This document shows positions 10,330 to 18,701 of a stretch of DNA of 62,980 nucleotides, one piece after another. The DNA lies in contig CAIMAO010000014.1 of the NCBI GenBank assembly GCA_903838985.1, forward strand, positions 1 to 62,980, written 5' to 3'. Positions within the stretch are counted from its first letter, which is position 1; every line of letters begins with the position of its first letter. The DNA comes from an uncultured bacterium (GTDB lineage: Bacteria; Patescibacteriota; Minisyncoccia; Phycocordibacterales; UBA9973). The translations under genes were made by a program, and so were the position numbers. Below the pieces are notes generated by a model. The model saw nothing but the letters and a program-made list of their open reading frames with translations, did not search any database and was not told where the DNA came from.

Positions 10330-11447
10330 AAAATTTTAAAAATAAAATAATATTATTGCGAGCAGGTTTTGATGTTCCCATAAAAGATGGCAAGGTAATT
10401 GATTCTAGAAGAATTGAAATATTATTACCAACCATAAAATACCTTAAAAATAAAGGTCCACTTGTGATTTTATCTCACCAAGGTAGACCAGAAGGCAAGA
10501 GAGATGTGGCATTTTCTCAAAAACCACTTATTCCTGTTTTAGAAAAGTTATTAAAACAAAAAATTAAATTTGCAGATAGTTGTGTTGGTGTTGAAACAGA
10601 AAAAATGGTAAGGAGCTTGAAAAAAGGTGAAGTTCTTTTGCTTGAAAATTTGCGTTTTGAAAAAGGCGAAGAAGCAAATGATCCAGTTTTTGCGAAAGAG
10701 CTCGCTAAGTTGGGGGATATTTATGTTGTAGATGCATTTCCGGATGCTCATAGAAAACATGCTTCGATTGTTGGTGTACCAAAATATCTACCCAGTTATG
10801 CTGGCTTTCAATTTTTGAAAGAAGTGAAATATTTGTCTCTTGTTTTAGAAAAAGCTAAACATCCCTTTCTTTTAATCTTAGGTGGAGCAAAATTTGATAC
10901 AAAACTTCCAATTATTAAACGTTTTTTGAAAAATGTGGATAATATTTTTATTGGTGGAGCATTAGTTAGCCAAGTTTTGAAAGAAGAAGGATTTGAAACA
11001 GGTATTTCTTTAATTGAAAATAAAAATTATGGTTTAAAATATATTGTAAAAAATCCTAAAATTATGTTGCCGATTGATCTTATTGTTGTCGGAGAAAAAA
11101 TTAAACGAGTCTCTTCTTTTAATGGTGTAGCAAAAAAAGAAAATATTGTTGATATTGGTCCGGAAACAATAAAAGAATTAGAAAATAAAATTAAAAAGGC
11201 AAAAATGATTTTATGGAATGGACCACTTGGAGAATCGAGTGCTGGTTTTTATGAAGGGACAGAAAAAATAATTCGTGCTATTGCGAAGACAAAGGCAATA
11301 TCCATAGTCGGAGGAGGAGATACTACAGAAGTAATATCTAAACTAAAATTAGAAAATAAATTTACCTTTGTTTCTACTGGAGGTGGAGCAACATTAGAAT
11401 ATTTAGCCAATGGCACATTGCCAGGTATTAAAGCCCTCTTTCACTAA
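10308..11447 (+). CDS. pgk: Phosphoglycerate kinase
   Basis: RAGFDVP, SHQGRP, GGGDT and STGGGA motifs. Overlaps the tpiA end by 22 nt. Confidence 0.9.
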   Translation: MRNIKQIKNFKNKIILLRAGFDVPIKDGKVIDSRRIEILLPTIKYLKNKGPLVILSHQGRPEGKRDVAFSQKPLIPVLEKLLKQKIKFADSCVGVETEKMVRSLKKGEVLLLENLRFEKGEEANDPVFAKELAKLGDIYVVDAFPDAHRKHASIVGVPKYLPSYAGFQFLKEVKYLSLVLEKAKHPFLLILGGAKFDTKLPIIKRFLKNVDNIFIGGALVSQVLKEEGFETGISLIENKNYGLKYIVKNPKIMLPIDLIVVGEKIKRVSSFNGVAKKENIVDIGPETIKELENKIKKAKMILWNGPLGESSAGFYEGTEKIIRAIAKTKAISIVGGGDTTEVISKLKLENKFTFVSTGGGATLEYLANGTLPGIKALFH

Positions 11448-11449
11448 AG

Positions 11450-11863
11450 CTATGGACGGGCAAGCTCTTCAATAATCTTTTTAGCTATTTCTTTTAGTTG
11501 ACCTTCTTTTGGTGTTTTTGCTGGCCAAACTGGTAAATTGTCCCCAATAAATCTAGGTATTATGTGAGTGTGAGAATGAAAGATAATTTGTCCAGCAGCC
11601 TTGCCGTTATTTATTGATATGTTTACTCCATCTGCTCCAGATTTTTTTATTGCTAAGCCTATTTTTTTTGTTATTTTCATAATATGAATAGCTATTTCTT
11701 CTGGCAATTCAAAAAGATTTTCAAAATGTTTTTTTGGAATAATTAAAGTATGCCCAATATTAACTGGTTTTATATCTAAAAATGCTAAGACCAAATCATC
11801 TTCATAAATCTTTTCACTTGGTATTTCATTTTTTATAATTTTACAAAAAATACAGTCTTCCAT
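11450..11863 (-). CDS. HIT-family (histidine triad) nucleotide hydrolase
   Basis: Histidine triad HSHTHIIP near the C-terminus. CIFCKI zinc-like N-terminus. Confidence 0.85.
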   Translation of the reverse strand: MEDCIFCKIIKNEIPSEKIYEDDLVLAFLDIKPVNIGHTLIIPKKHFENLFELPEEIAIHIMKITKKIGLAIKKSGADGVNISINNGKAAGQIIFHSHTHIIPRFIGDNLPVWPAKTPKEGQLKEIAKKIIEELARP

Positions 11864-11899
11864 GCGGATATTATATCAAATTATGTTAAAATTTGCTTT
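11864..11899. promoter_or_regulatory. 36-bp divergent promoter region with two leaderless-type -10 boxes (HIT gene and recJ)
   Basis: TATAAT on the minus strand (11870-11875) lies 6 nt from the HIT ATG. TAAAAT (11887-11892) lies 7 nt from the recJ ATG. No Shine-Dalgarno sequence on either side. Confidence 0.5.
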
Positions 11900-13654
11900 A
11901 TGCAGCAGTATTCTGAATTATTGAGATCAATTTTAGAAAAAAGAGGTATAAAAACAGCAGAAGAAGCTGAGGTTTTTTTGAATCCAGATTATAAAAGGGA
12001 TTTACATAGTCCATTTGAAATGAGAGACATGGAGAAAGCTTGTGTGAAGCTTTTTGAAGTTATAGAAAATAAAGAAAAAATAATCATTTATGCTGATTAT
12101 GATTGTGATGGTATTCCTGGCGCTGTTATTTTAGAAGATTTGTTTAAAAAAATAGGATACAAAAATTATGAGATTTATATTCCAGGTAGAAATTCTGAAG
12201 GCTATGGTTTAAATCTTCCTGCTATAAAACAGTTTGCAGAAAAAAATGTAAAACTTTTGATAACTATTGATTTGGGTATTACAGCTGTTTCAGAAGTTGC
12301 ACAAGCAGAAGTAAATGGGATTGATGTGATTATTACAGATCATCACTTACCAAAACAAAAAACTCAGGATATAAAAAATTCTCCCGCCTTCGCCCTCGGA
12401 GACAAAGAGACAGGGGACCCACGGCTCCTTAATTTTTCATATCCTGAGTTTTTTTTGCCTAAAGCTTATGCCATTTTAAATCCCAAAGTAGATAATTATT
12501 CTGAAAAAATGTTGTGTGGAGCGGGTGTCGTTTTTAAATTCGTTCAGGGTTTTATAGAAAAATATGGAGAATTTTATAAAATAAATGAAGGATGGGAAAA
12601 ATGGCTTTTGGATATGGCTGGACTGGCTACTCTTTCTGACCTAGTTCCACTTTTGGGAGAAAATAGGGCAATAGCATATTTTGGTATGACAGTTTTACGG
12701 AAATCTCCACGTCCTGGTTTGCAAAAACTTTTATCAAAAATGAATATTGATCAAAAATATTTATCTGAAGATGACGTTGGTTTTATGATAACACCTAGGT
12801 TGAATGCGGCTTCTAGAATGGATGATCCAATGCGAGCCTATGAACTTTTAGCTACAAATGACGAGGTTGAAGCAGGAGTATTGGCTACTCATTTGTCAAA
12901 GATAAATGATGATAGGAAAACAATGGTGACTTCTATTATGCGAGAAGTACATAAAAAATTTGAAAAAAATGGAGATAGAGAAATGAAAGAAGTGATAGTA
13001 ATAGGTAATCCAAATTGGCGTGTGGGTGTATTAGGACTCGTAGCAAATAAAATTTCAGATGAGCACAAAAAGCCTGTTTTTGTCTGGGGTAAAGATGAGA
13101 ATGATTTTATAAAAGGTTCTTGCAGGAGTGATGGTTCTGTTTCTTTGGTTGAACTTATGACAGAAACAAGTGAATTTTTTATGGAATTTGGTGGTCATGA
13201 ATTTGCTGGTGGTTTTACTGTCCATAATGACAAAATTCATTTTTTGGAAGATGCTCTTTCTAACTCTTTTAAAAAAGTAAAACGTGAAAAAACAGAAAGT
13301 GAAATAGTCTTTGATATCAAAACCGACTTAAGTGCAGTTAATATGAAAAATTGGCGTGAAATAGAAAAAATGGCTCCATTTGGTTTAGCCAATCCAAAAC
13401 CTATTTTTCTTTTTGAAAATGTAAAAATAGAAAATATTAAAAAATTTGGTAAAAATGGATCAGGTGAACATTTAGAAATTAGCTTTTCAGATATAAATAA
13501 AAATAAAGCAAAGGCTATTTCTTTTTTTTCAAATAATGACTCATTTAAGACTACATTGAATGAAGGTTTGAATGTTAATCTTCTTGCCACTTTTGATTTA
13601 TCTAGATTTAGGGGTAGGGTAGAGCTAAGATTAAGAATAATTGATATACTTTAA
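11900..13654 (+). CDS. recJ: Single-stranded-DNA-specific exonuclease RecJ (with in-frame repeat-element insertion)
   Basis: DHH-family motifs DYDCDG, DLGIT and ITDHH. DHHA1 motif GGHEFAGG. ~31 extra residues lie between the two LP motifs that flank DHH. Confidence 0.85.
   Translation: MQQYSELLRSILEKRGIKTAEEAEVFLNPDYKRDLHSPFEMRDMEKACVKLFEVIENKEKIIIYADYDCDGIPGAVILEDLFKKIGYKNYEIYIPGRNSEGYGLNLPAIKQFAEKNVKLLITIDLGITAVSEVAQAEVNGIDVIITDHHLPKQKTQDIKNSPAFALGDKETGDPRLLNFSYPEFFLPKAYAILNPKVDNYSEKMLCGAGVVFKFVQGFIEKYGEFYKINEGWEKWLLDMAGLATLSDLVPLLGENRAIAYFGMTVLRKSPRPGLQKLLSKMNIDQKYLSEDDVGFMITPRLNAASRMDDPMRAYELLATNDEVEAGVLATHLSKINDDRKTMVTSIMREVHKKFEKNGDREMKEVIVIGNPNWRVGVLGLVANKISDEHKKPVFVWGKDENDFIKGSCRSDGSVSLVELMTETSEFFMEFGGHEFAGGFTVHNDKIHFLEDALSNSFKKVKREKTESEIVFDIKTDLSAVNMKNWREIEKMAPFGLANPKPIFLFENVKIENIKKFGKNGSGEHLEISFSDINKNKAKAISFFSNNDSFKTTLNEGLNVNLLATFDLSRFRGRVELRLRIIDIL
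12357..12454 (+). repeat. Nested-hairpin element inside recJ: 24-bp A/T-rich inverted repeat enclosing a 50-nt G/C-rich core
   Basis: Left arm aaaaaactcaggatataaaaaatt (12357-12380) is complementary to right arm aatttttcatatcctgagtttttt (12431-12454), with 1 mismatch. Core: ctcccgccttcgccctcggagacaaagagacaggggacccacggctcctt. Confidence 0.85.
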
Positions 13655-13658
13655 AAAT

Positions 13659-14129
13659 ATGAAAAAAGATAAAATAGTTATTTATACAGATGGAGCAGCA
13701 AGGGGCAACCCTGGGGAAGCTGGATGGGGTGCTATTTTAATTAATGGAAATAAAATTTTTGAAATGGGTGGGTATTCGAAACACGCGACCAATAATCAAA
13801 TGGAACTTTCTGGCCCCATAGAAGCCTTAAAATATTTACAAAAAAATAAAATAAATATTCCTGTAGAAATTTTTTCTGATTCAAAATATGTAATATTGGG
13901 AATTACAGAGTGGATTTTTAATTGGCAAAAAAATAATTGGAGAAATGCTGCGAAAAAACCGGTTCTAAATAAAGAACTCTGGCAAGAACTTTATTCTCTG
14001 ACAGAACAATTTAAAATAAAATGGATTTATGTGGCAGGACATAATGGTGATAAATGGAATGAAAGGGCAGATGAAATAGCTACAAATTTTGCAGATGGAA
14101 ATGAGATAGAACTTAAAAAAGAGAAATAA
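13659..14129 (+). CDS. rnhA: Ribonuclease HI
   Basis: TDGAARGNPGEAGWG, NNQMEL, SDSKYV and NERADEIA motifs. Start moved to the ATG at 13659 (MKKDKIVIY), just after the recJ stop. Confidence 0.85.
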   Translation: MKKDKIVIYTDGAARGNPGEAGWGAILINGNKIFEMGGYSKHATNNQMELSGPIEALKYLQKNKINIPVEIFSDSKYVILGITEWIFNWQKNNWRNAAKKPVLNKELWQELYSLTEQFKIKWIYVAGHNGDKWNERADEIATNFADGNEIELKKEK

Positions 14130-14250
14130 ATTTTATTTAATTTTTGTTATGATTTTCTTTTAAGTTCGGAGCGAGAGAGATACTTGACTTTTTTATATAA
14201 AGTAGTACTGTATATTTATATACGTTCTTTGATATTTCCTTTTTGTTTAT

Positions 14251-14303
14251 ATTTGTTAGGTCTTCTCTGTTTCTTTATAGGATTAGAGAAGACCTAAACA
14301 AAT
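14251..14303 (+). promoter_or_regulatory. 18-bp stem hairpin (one bulge, 16-nt loop) in the 5' region of the REC-like gene
   Basis: atttgttaggtcttctct pairs with agagaagacctaaacaaat. The hairpin ends 17 nt before the ATG, next to aaggaaaaa. No T-run follows. Confidence 0.5.
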
Positions 14304-14320
14304 AATTAAGGAAAAATAAA

Positions 14321-14986
14321 ATGAAAAAGTTAAGCATTCTTGTAGTTGAAGATAACGCTAGTTATTTAGAAATTGCAAAAAAGGTGTTTGAAGGCATTGA
14401 AAATCTAGAAGTAGATTCTGCCACAAACAGAAATGATGCTCTCCTTAAACTGAAGAGCAAAAAGTATGACGCTGTGATAACCGACAGAAACATGCCTTCT
14501 TTTGAAGGGGAATCTCTTCAGTTAGAGCTTCTTCCAAAAGAGGTTCAAAACGTCGATCCATATCGGGAAGAGATAGAAGGTGAAATTAAAAAGTCTATTA
14601 TTTTAGCTCGTAATTATGATGGACTTCAAGGTGATATTGTTGCTCTTACATCGGCTCTTGTTCATGGAATTACAACACTTGTACACAGCTGGCATGGAGA
14701 TTCTTCAAGTTTTTCTTTCTATTATCTTCGCTCTGGTAAGTATGGCGTGAACAAAGAAGAAGTTATCGATATTTTAAAAAAATATTCTGTGACTTTCGAA
14801 GAATACGTTCAAAATTCTTTCTTCAAAGAAGAATCATTGGCCGACGTTCTTTATAATAATAACTGGTATTGTTCCAGCATTAAATCTCCTGCAAGAATAG
14901 ATTCTGAAAACCGGTACGTTAGAAAAACCGATCCAGAATCGTGGGCGCATGCTATCCATTTATTGAAAAAATGGGAAGATTGGTAG
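14321..14986 (+). CDS. Orphan protein with receiver (REC)-like N-terminus and an unrecognised C-terminal region
   Basis: ILVVEDN...YDAVITDRNMP resembles the CheY acidic pocket and phospho-acceptor. The remainder does not match any output domain I recognise. Confidence 0.4.
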   Translation: MKKLSILVVEDNASYLEIAKKVFEGIENLEVDSATNRNDALLKLKSKKYDAVITDRNMPSFEGESLQLELLPKEVQNVDPYREEIEGEIKKSIILARNYDGLQGDIVALTSALVHGITTLVHSWHGDSSSFSFYYLRSGKYGVNKEEVIDILKKYSVTFEEYVQNSFFKEESLADVLYNNNWYCSSIKSPARIDSENRYVRKTDPESWAHAIHLLKKWEDW

Positions 14987-15036
14987 TAAAAATTTTCAGA
15001 GGATAATGAATAAGCCTAATATTAAAATTATTCACA

Positions 15037-15066
15037 ATATAGTCAACATTAATTTGTTGGCTATAT
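15037..15066 (+). terminator. Hairpin terminator after the REC-like gene
   Basis: atatagtcaaca/ttaatt/tgttggctatat (12 bp, one G-U pair) followed by ttattttaattt. Confidence 0.5.
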
Positions 15067-15121
15067 TTATTTTAATTTGAATTTGTGAATGTTGTGAACT
15101 TTTTTAATGTATAATTAAAAT

Positions 15122-15673
15122 ATGTTGGAAAAGAATCAAAATGAAAAATTGGATATAGAAACAAGAATAGCTATACCTAAAGAATGGAAAAAGCTTCGAG
15201 ATTTTCGTTTAAATTTATTGGATGACGAAAGTGGTAATAGTTATGTTGCTACTTCTAGGCAAATTAGAGAAATAAAAAAAAGAACAGATGAGCAATGGAA
15301 AGATATTTTGTTTGGTAAAGATAAATTTTCCGTTATAGCTTTAAAGGATTCAGAAGTAGTAGGAATGGGGCGTGCAGAAAAATATAAAGGAATTTGGCAT
15401 TTGTTTAATCTTGGAGTAAAAGATGAATTTAGAAGAGCAAGAATCGGTGCAAAATTAACGGCAATACGTCTAAATGAAATAAAGATACGCGGAGGAAAAG
15501 AGGTGTATATTTTTGTAAGTAAAAGAAACGTGCCATCTCTGAAAAATGCAGAATCTTTTGGTTTTAGAAGAGATAACACTTTTTGGGGTAGAGTAAGAAA
15601 TAGAATGATTTTAGATGATGTAAACAATCCAATTACAACAAAAAGAATTGAAGAAGTTTTGAACGAAAAATAA
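15122..15673 (+). CDS. GNAT-family N-acetyltransferase
   Basis: VVGMGRAE...LGVKDEFRRARIGAKL resembles acetyl-CoA-binding motif A (R-x-x-G-x-A). TATAAT at 15110-15115 lies 6 nt before the ATG. Confidence 0.6.
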   Translation: MLEKNQNEKLDIETRIAIPKEWKKLRDFRLNLLDDESGNSYVATSRQIREIKKRTDEQWKDILFGKDKFSVIALKDSEVVGMGRAEKYKGIWHLFNLGVKDEFRRARIGAKLTAIRLNEIKIRGGKEVYIFVSKRNVPSLKNAESFGFRRDNTFWGRVRNRMILDDVNNPITTKRIEEVLNEK

Positions 15674-15690
15674 AATTTAAATATAAAAAT

Positions 15691-17193
15691 ATGCAGGATA
15701 GAATTTTCTATTCAATTTGTTTTGGTTTCATAAGTGGAATATTTTTACGATCGCTAACCTTTGTTGATGTTTATTTGGTTGTTTTATTTGGAATAATTGC
15801 GCTTGTTTTGCTTTTCTTTTTTAAATTTATATCACCCCGTCACTCGCGAGCGACAGGGTCGAAAAATAAGTGGGGAATTATTTTGGGAATTTTTATTTTG
15901 TCTTTTTCTTTTGGAATATTTAGATTTCATTTAGCAGATGTTCCAGCACCACAAATTTTTGAATCTCAAGTGAATCAAAAAGTTATTCTTGTTGGAAAAA
16001 TTGTAGACGAACCAAGTTTGTCAGAAAATAATCAAAAATTGGTTGTAGAAATAGTAGAAAAAGATAGTAAAAGTAAAATTTTATTGTCATCTAATTTAGA
16101 TGAAGTTTATAAATATGGAGATGAAATAAAATTTGAAGGAAAATTAGAAAAACCAGATAATTTTATGACAGATCAAAATAAAGAATTTGATTATATAAAT
16201 TATTTACGTAAAGACGGCATATTTTATTCTGAAAGGTATCCTAAAATTGAAATATTATCACACGAGAATGGGAATTTTATAAAAAGTGCGCTATTTTCTG
16301 TTAAAGAATTTTTTATAAATAAAATTAGTTTGGTAATACGTGAACCAGAATCTTTATTTATGAATGGATTGATTTTGGGGGAGAAGTCTTCTTTTGGTCA
16401 ATCTTTAAGACAAAGTTTTGTGAATACTGGGACGATACACATAGTCGCACTTTCTGGATACAATGTGACTATCGTTGCTGAATGGATTATGAAAATTTTT
16501 GCTTTTTTACCTAAAAATCTAGGTATTTTTGCTGGAATTTTGGCTATTATTCTTTTTGTTTTAATGACAGGTGGGTCTTCGACGGCTATTCGTGCGGGCA
16601 TAATGGCTACACTTGCACTAGCCGCTCGTCTTATAGGGAGGAATTATGATGTGACAAGGGCACTTATTTTAGCGGGTGTTTTTATGGTTTTGATAAATCC
16701 ATTTATTCTTGTGTTTGATGTTTCGTTTCAACTTTCTTTTATCGCGACTGTCGCTGTGATTTATTTTTCTCCTAAATTAGAAAAACATTTTCTATGGGTC
16801 ACAGATAAATTTGGCTTGAGAGATATTGTTTCTGTCACATGTGCTGCATATATTTTTGTTTTACCTTTTATTCTTTATAAAATGGGTAATCTTTCTCTGG
16901 TTGCTTTGCCTGCGAATACTTTGATTTTGCCATTTATTCCGTTCACAATGATTTTAGGATTTTTGACTGGTTTTATTGGTATTATTTCGTATGTATTTTC
17001 AGTTCCATTTGGATATATATCTTATTTGTTTTTGCATTATGAGCTTTCGATAATAAGTTTCTTTTCAAATATACCTTTTGCGTCACTTACGATACCTGAT
17101 TTTCCACTTATTTTTACAATACTAATTTATGCCTATTTTATTTATAGACTTTTTGGAAGGAGTATAAAAAGTTTTTTTACTGAGCCTTTTTAA
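15691..17193 (+). CDS. comEC: ComEC/Rec2 DNA-uptake channel, N-terminal (OB/DUF4131-like plus competence) part
   Basis: 500-aa polytopic membrane ORF. GTIHIVALSGYNVTIV and GGSSTAIRAGIMA resemble the competence domain. No MBL domain in this ORF. Confidence 0.75.
   Translation: MQDRIFYSICFGFISGIFLRSLTFVDVYLVVLFGIIALVLLFFFKFISPRHSRATGSKNKWGIILGIFILSFSFGIFRFHLADVPAPQIFESQVNQKVILVGKIVDEPSLSENNQKLVVEIVEKDSKSKILLSSNLDEVYKYGDEIKFEGKLEKPDNFMTDQNKEFDYINYLRKDGIFYSERYPKIEILSHENGNFIKSALFSVKEFFINKISLVIREPESLFMNGLILGEKSSFGQSLRQSFVNTGTIHIVALSGYNVTIVAEWIMKIFAFLPKNLGIFAGILAIILFVLMTGGSSTAIRAGIMATLALAARLIGRNYDVTRALILAGVFMVLINPFILVFDVSFQLSFIATVAVIYFSPKLEKHFLWVTDKFGLRDIVSVTCAAYIFVLPFILYKMGNLSLVALPANTLILPFIPFTMILGFLTGFIGIISYVFSVPFGYISYLFLHYELSIISFFSNIPFASLTIPDFPLIFTILIYAYFIYRLFGRSIKSFFTEPF
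15833..15875 (+). repeat. G/C-rich island translated in-frame within comEC (SPRHSRATGSKNKWG loop)
   Basis: caccccgtcactcgcgagcgacagggtcg...gtgggg stands out from AT-rich flanks. It shares gcgagcgac with family-C cores. Confidence 0.5.
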
Positions 17194-17770
17194 AATTTTC
17201 TTCTATAACTTCCCAGTTTAGATTTTCAAAAAAAGCTTCAATATATTTTTTCTTATCTGCCGGTGTGTAATCAAGGTAATAGGAATGTTCCCACATATCT
17301 AAAGCTAAAATCATTTCGCAACTATTGAGCTGGCCGAAATGTTGTTCATCCACCCAAGCGTTTAATAATCTATTTTCTTTTTTATCAAAATAAAGTATTG
17401 CCCAACCTATTCCTCTGGTCGTCGCTATTGCTTTTAATAGTTCTAACCACTTTTCAAAAGAGCTCCATTCTTTTATTATTGATTCTCTTAATTTACTTTC
17501 TTCAGGTAAAGCTTTAGACCCGCCAGAGAGGGAACTAAAGTAAATTTCATGGTTTCGCATACCATTGTATTCAAAACCAAATCTTTTTTGTAAACCACTC
17601 AAAATACCCATATTTTCTTCTGGTTTTTCAGATAATTCCTTTATTTTTTCTAAAACCAAGTTTGTGTGAGTGACATATCCAGTATAGAGTTTTAAATGCT
17701 CCTCTATGCTTTTAACTGAAATGCTCTTTAGTTCACTGATGTTAAATGTTTTTTGTATAAATGTTTGCAT
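17177..17770 (-). CDS. Fe/Mn-type superoxide dismutase
   Basis: DMWEHSYYLDY and NHEIYF metal-ligand motifs; GWAILYFD. Lies antisense between the two comEC parts and overlaps the first by 17 nt. Confidence 0.8.
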   Translation of the reverse strand: MQTFIQKTFNISELKSISVKSIEEHLKLYTGYVTHTNLVLEKIKELSEKPEENMGILSGLQKRFGFEYNGMRNHEIYFSSLSGGSKALPEESKLRESIIKEWSSFEKWLELLKAIATTRGIGWAILYFDKKENRLLNAWVDEQHFGQLNSCEMILALDMWEHSYYLDYTPADKKKYIEAFFENLNWEVIEENFKKAQ

Positions 17771-17831
17771 TTTTTTATTGTGTTAATTTTATAATAATAA
17801 TGTGGAGATAATTTCGTGTTAATATTATAGC

Positions 17832-18701
17832 ATGTTTGAAAATTGCAAAAAATACTTTTTGCTTTTCTTGGCTGTTTTGCTTTTGATAGCAAATATTTAC
17901 CTTTTTTATTTTGATTGGCAAAGTTCTCAAAGAAAACTTACTTTTGCGATGCTTGACGTTGGACAGGGTGATGCTCTTTTTGTTGAATCCCCAACGGGCA
18001 CACAAATATTGATAGATGGTGGCCCACCGAGAAAAATTTTAAGTCAACTTTCTCGTGTGATGTCTCCATTTGATAGAAGTATTGATGCATTCATTATTAC
18101 CAATCCAGATGCAGATCATATTGGTGGATTTTTGGATGTGTTAAAGACTTATAAAGTTGATGAAGTGTTTGAACCAGGAACTTTAACGGATTCTAAAACA
18201 TATCAATCATTAAAAGATCAAATGAAGAAAAATAATGTTAAAGATTTTTTAGCAAAAAGAGGAATGAGGCTTGATGTTGGAGGTGGGGCATTTATTGATA
18301 TTTTATTTCCAGATAGAGATGTATCTTCTTGGGCGACCAATGATGGTTCTGTCGTTGCTCGGCTTTCTTATGGCGATACTTCTATTATGCTCACTGGAGA
18401 CGCAACCGTAAAAACAGAAAATATAATTTTAGGAGAAAATTCTTCAGCAAAATTACATAGCACTATTTTAAAAGTGGGGCATCACGGCTCACGCACTTCT
18501 TCATCTTTTGATTTTGTAAAAACAGTTTCACCCACGTATGCACTTATCTCAGATGGTAAAGATAATAAGTATGGGCATCCACACAAAGAGACGTTGGATA
18601 CTTTGACATCTTTGGGCGTGAAAATTTTTAGGACTGATATTTTAGGTACTATATTTATGAAATCTGATGGTATAAAACCTATATTTTCTTTTAAAAACTA
18701 A
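17832..18701 (+). CDS. ComEC C-terminal metallo-beta-lactamase-fold domain protein (separate ORF with its own TM helix)
   Basis: LDVGQGDA, ITNPDADHIGG, LTGDA and VGHHGS motifs of the ComEC MBL nuclease domain. N-terminal helix FLLFLAVLLLIANIYLFYF. Confidence 0.75.
   Translation: MFENCKKYFLLFLAVLLLIANIYLFYFDWQSSQRKLTFAMLDVGQGDALFVESPTGTQILIDGGPPRKILSQLSRVMSPFDRSIDAFIITNPDADHIGGFLDVLKTYKVDEVFEPGTLTDSKTYQSLKDQMKKNNVKDFLAKRGMRLDVGGGAFIDILFPDRDVSSWATNDGSVVARLSYGDTSIMLTGDATVKTENIILGENSSAKLHSTILKVGHHGSRTSSSFDFVKTVSPTYALISDGKDNKYGHPHKETLDTLTSLGVKIFRTDILGTIFMKSDGIKPIFSFKN

Noticed and set aside
12349-12470. Target-site duplication (LPK...LPK; ttaccaaaa / ttgcctaaa) flanking the recJ insert.
   Set aside because: Two LP motifs separated by a few residues are a native feature of RecJ (DHHLP...LP.A.AI.NP as I recall). 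The similarity therefore does not need a duplication.
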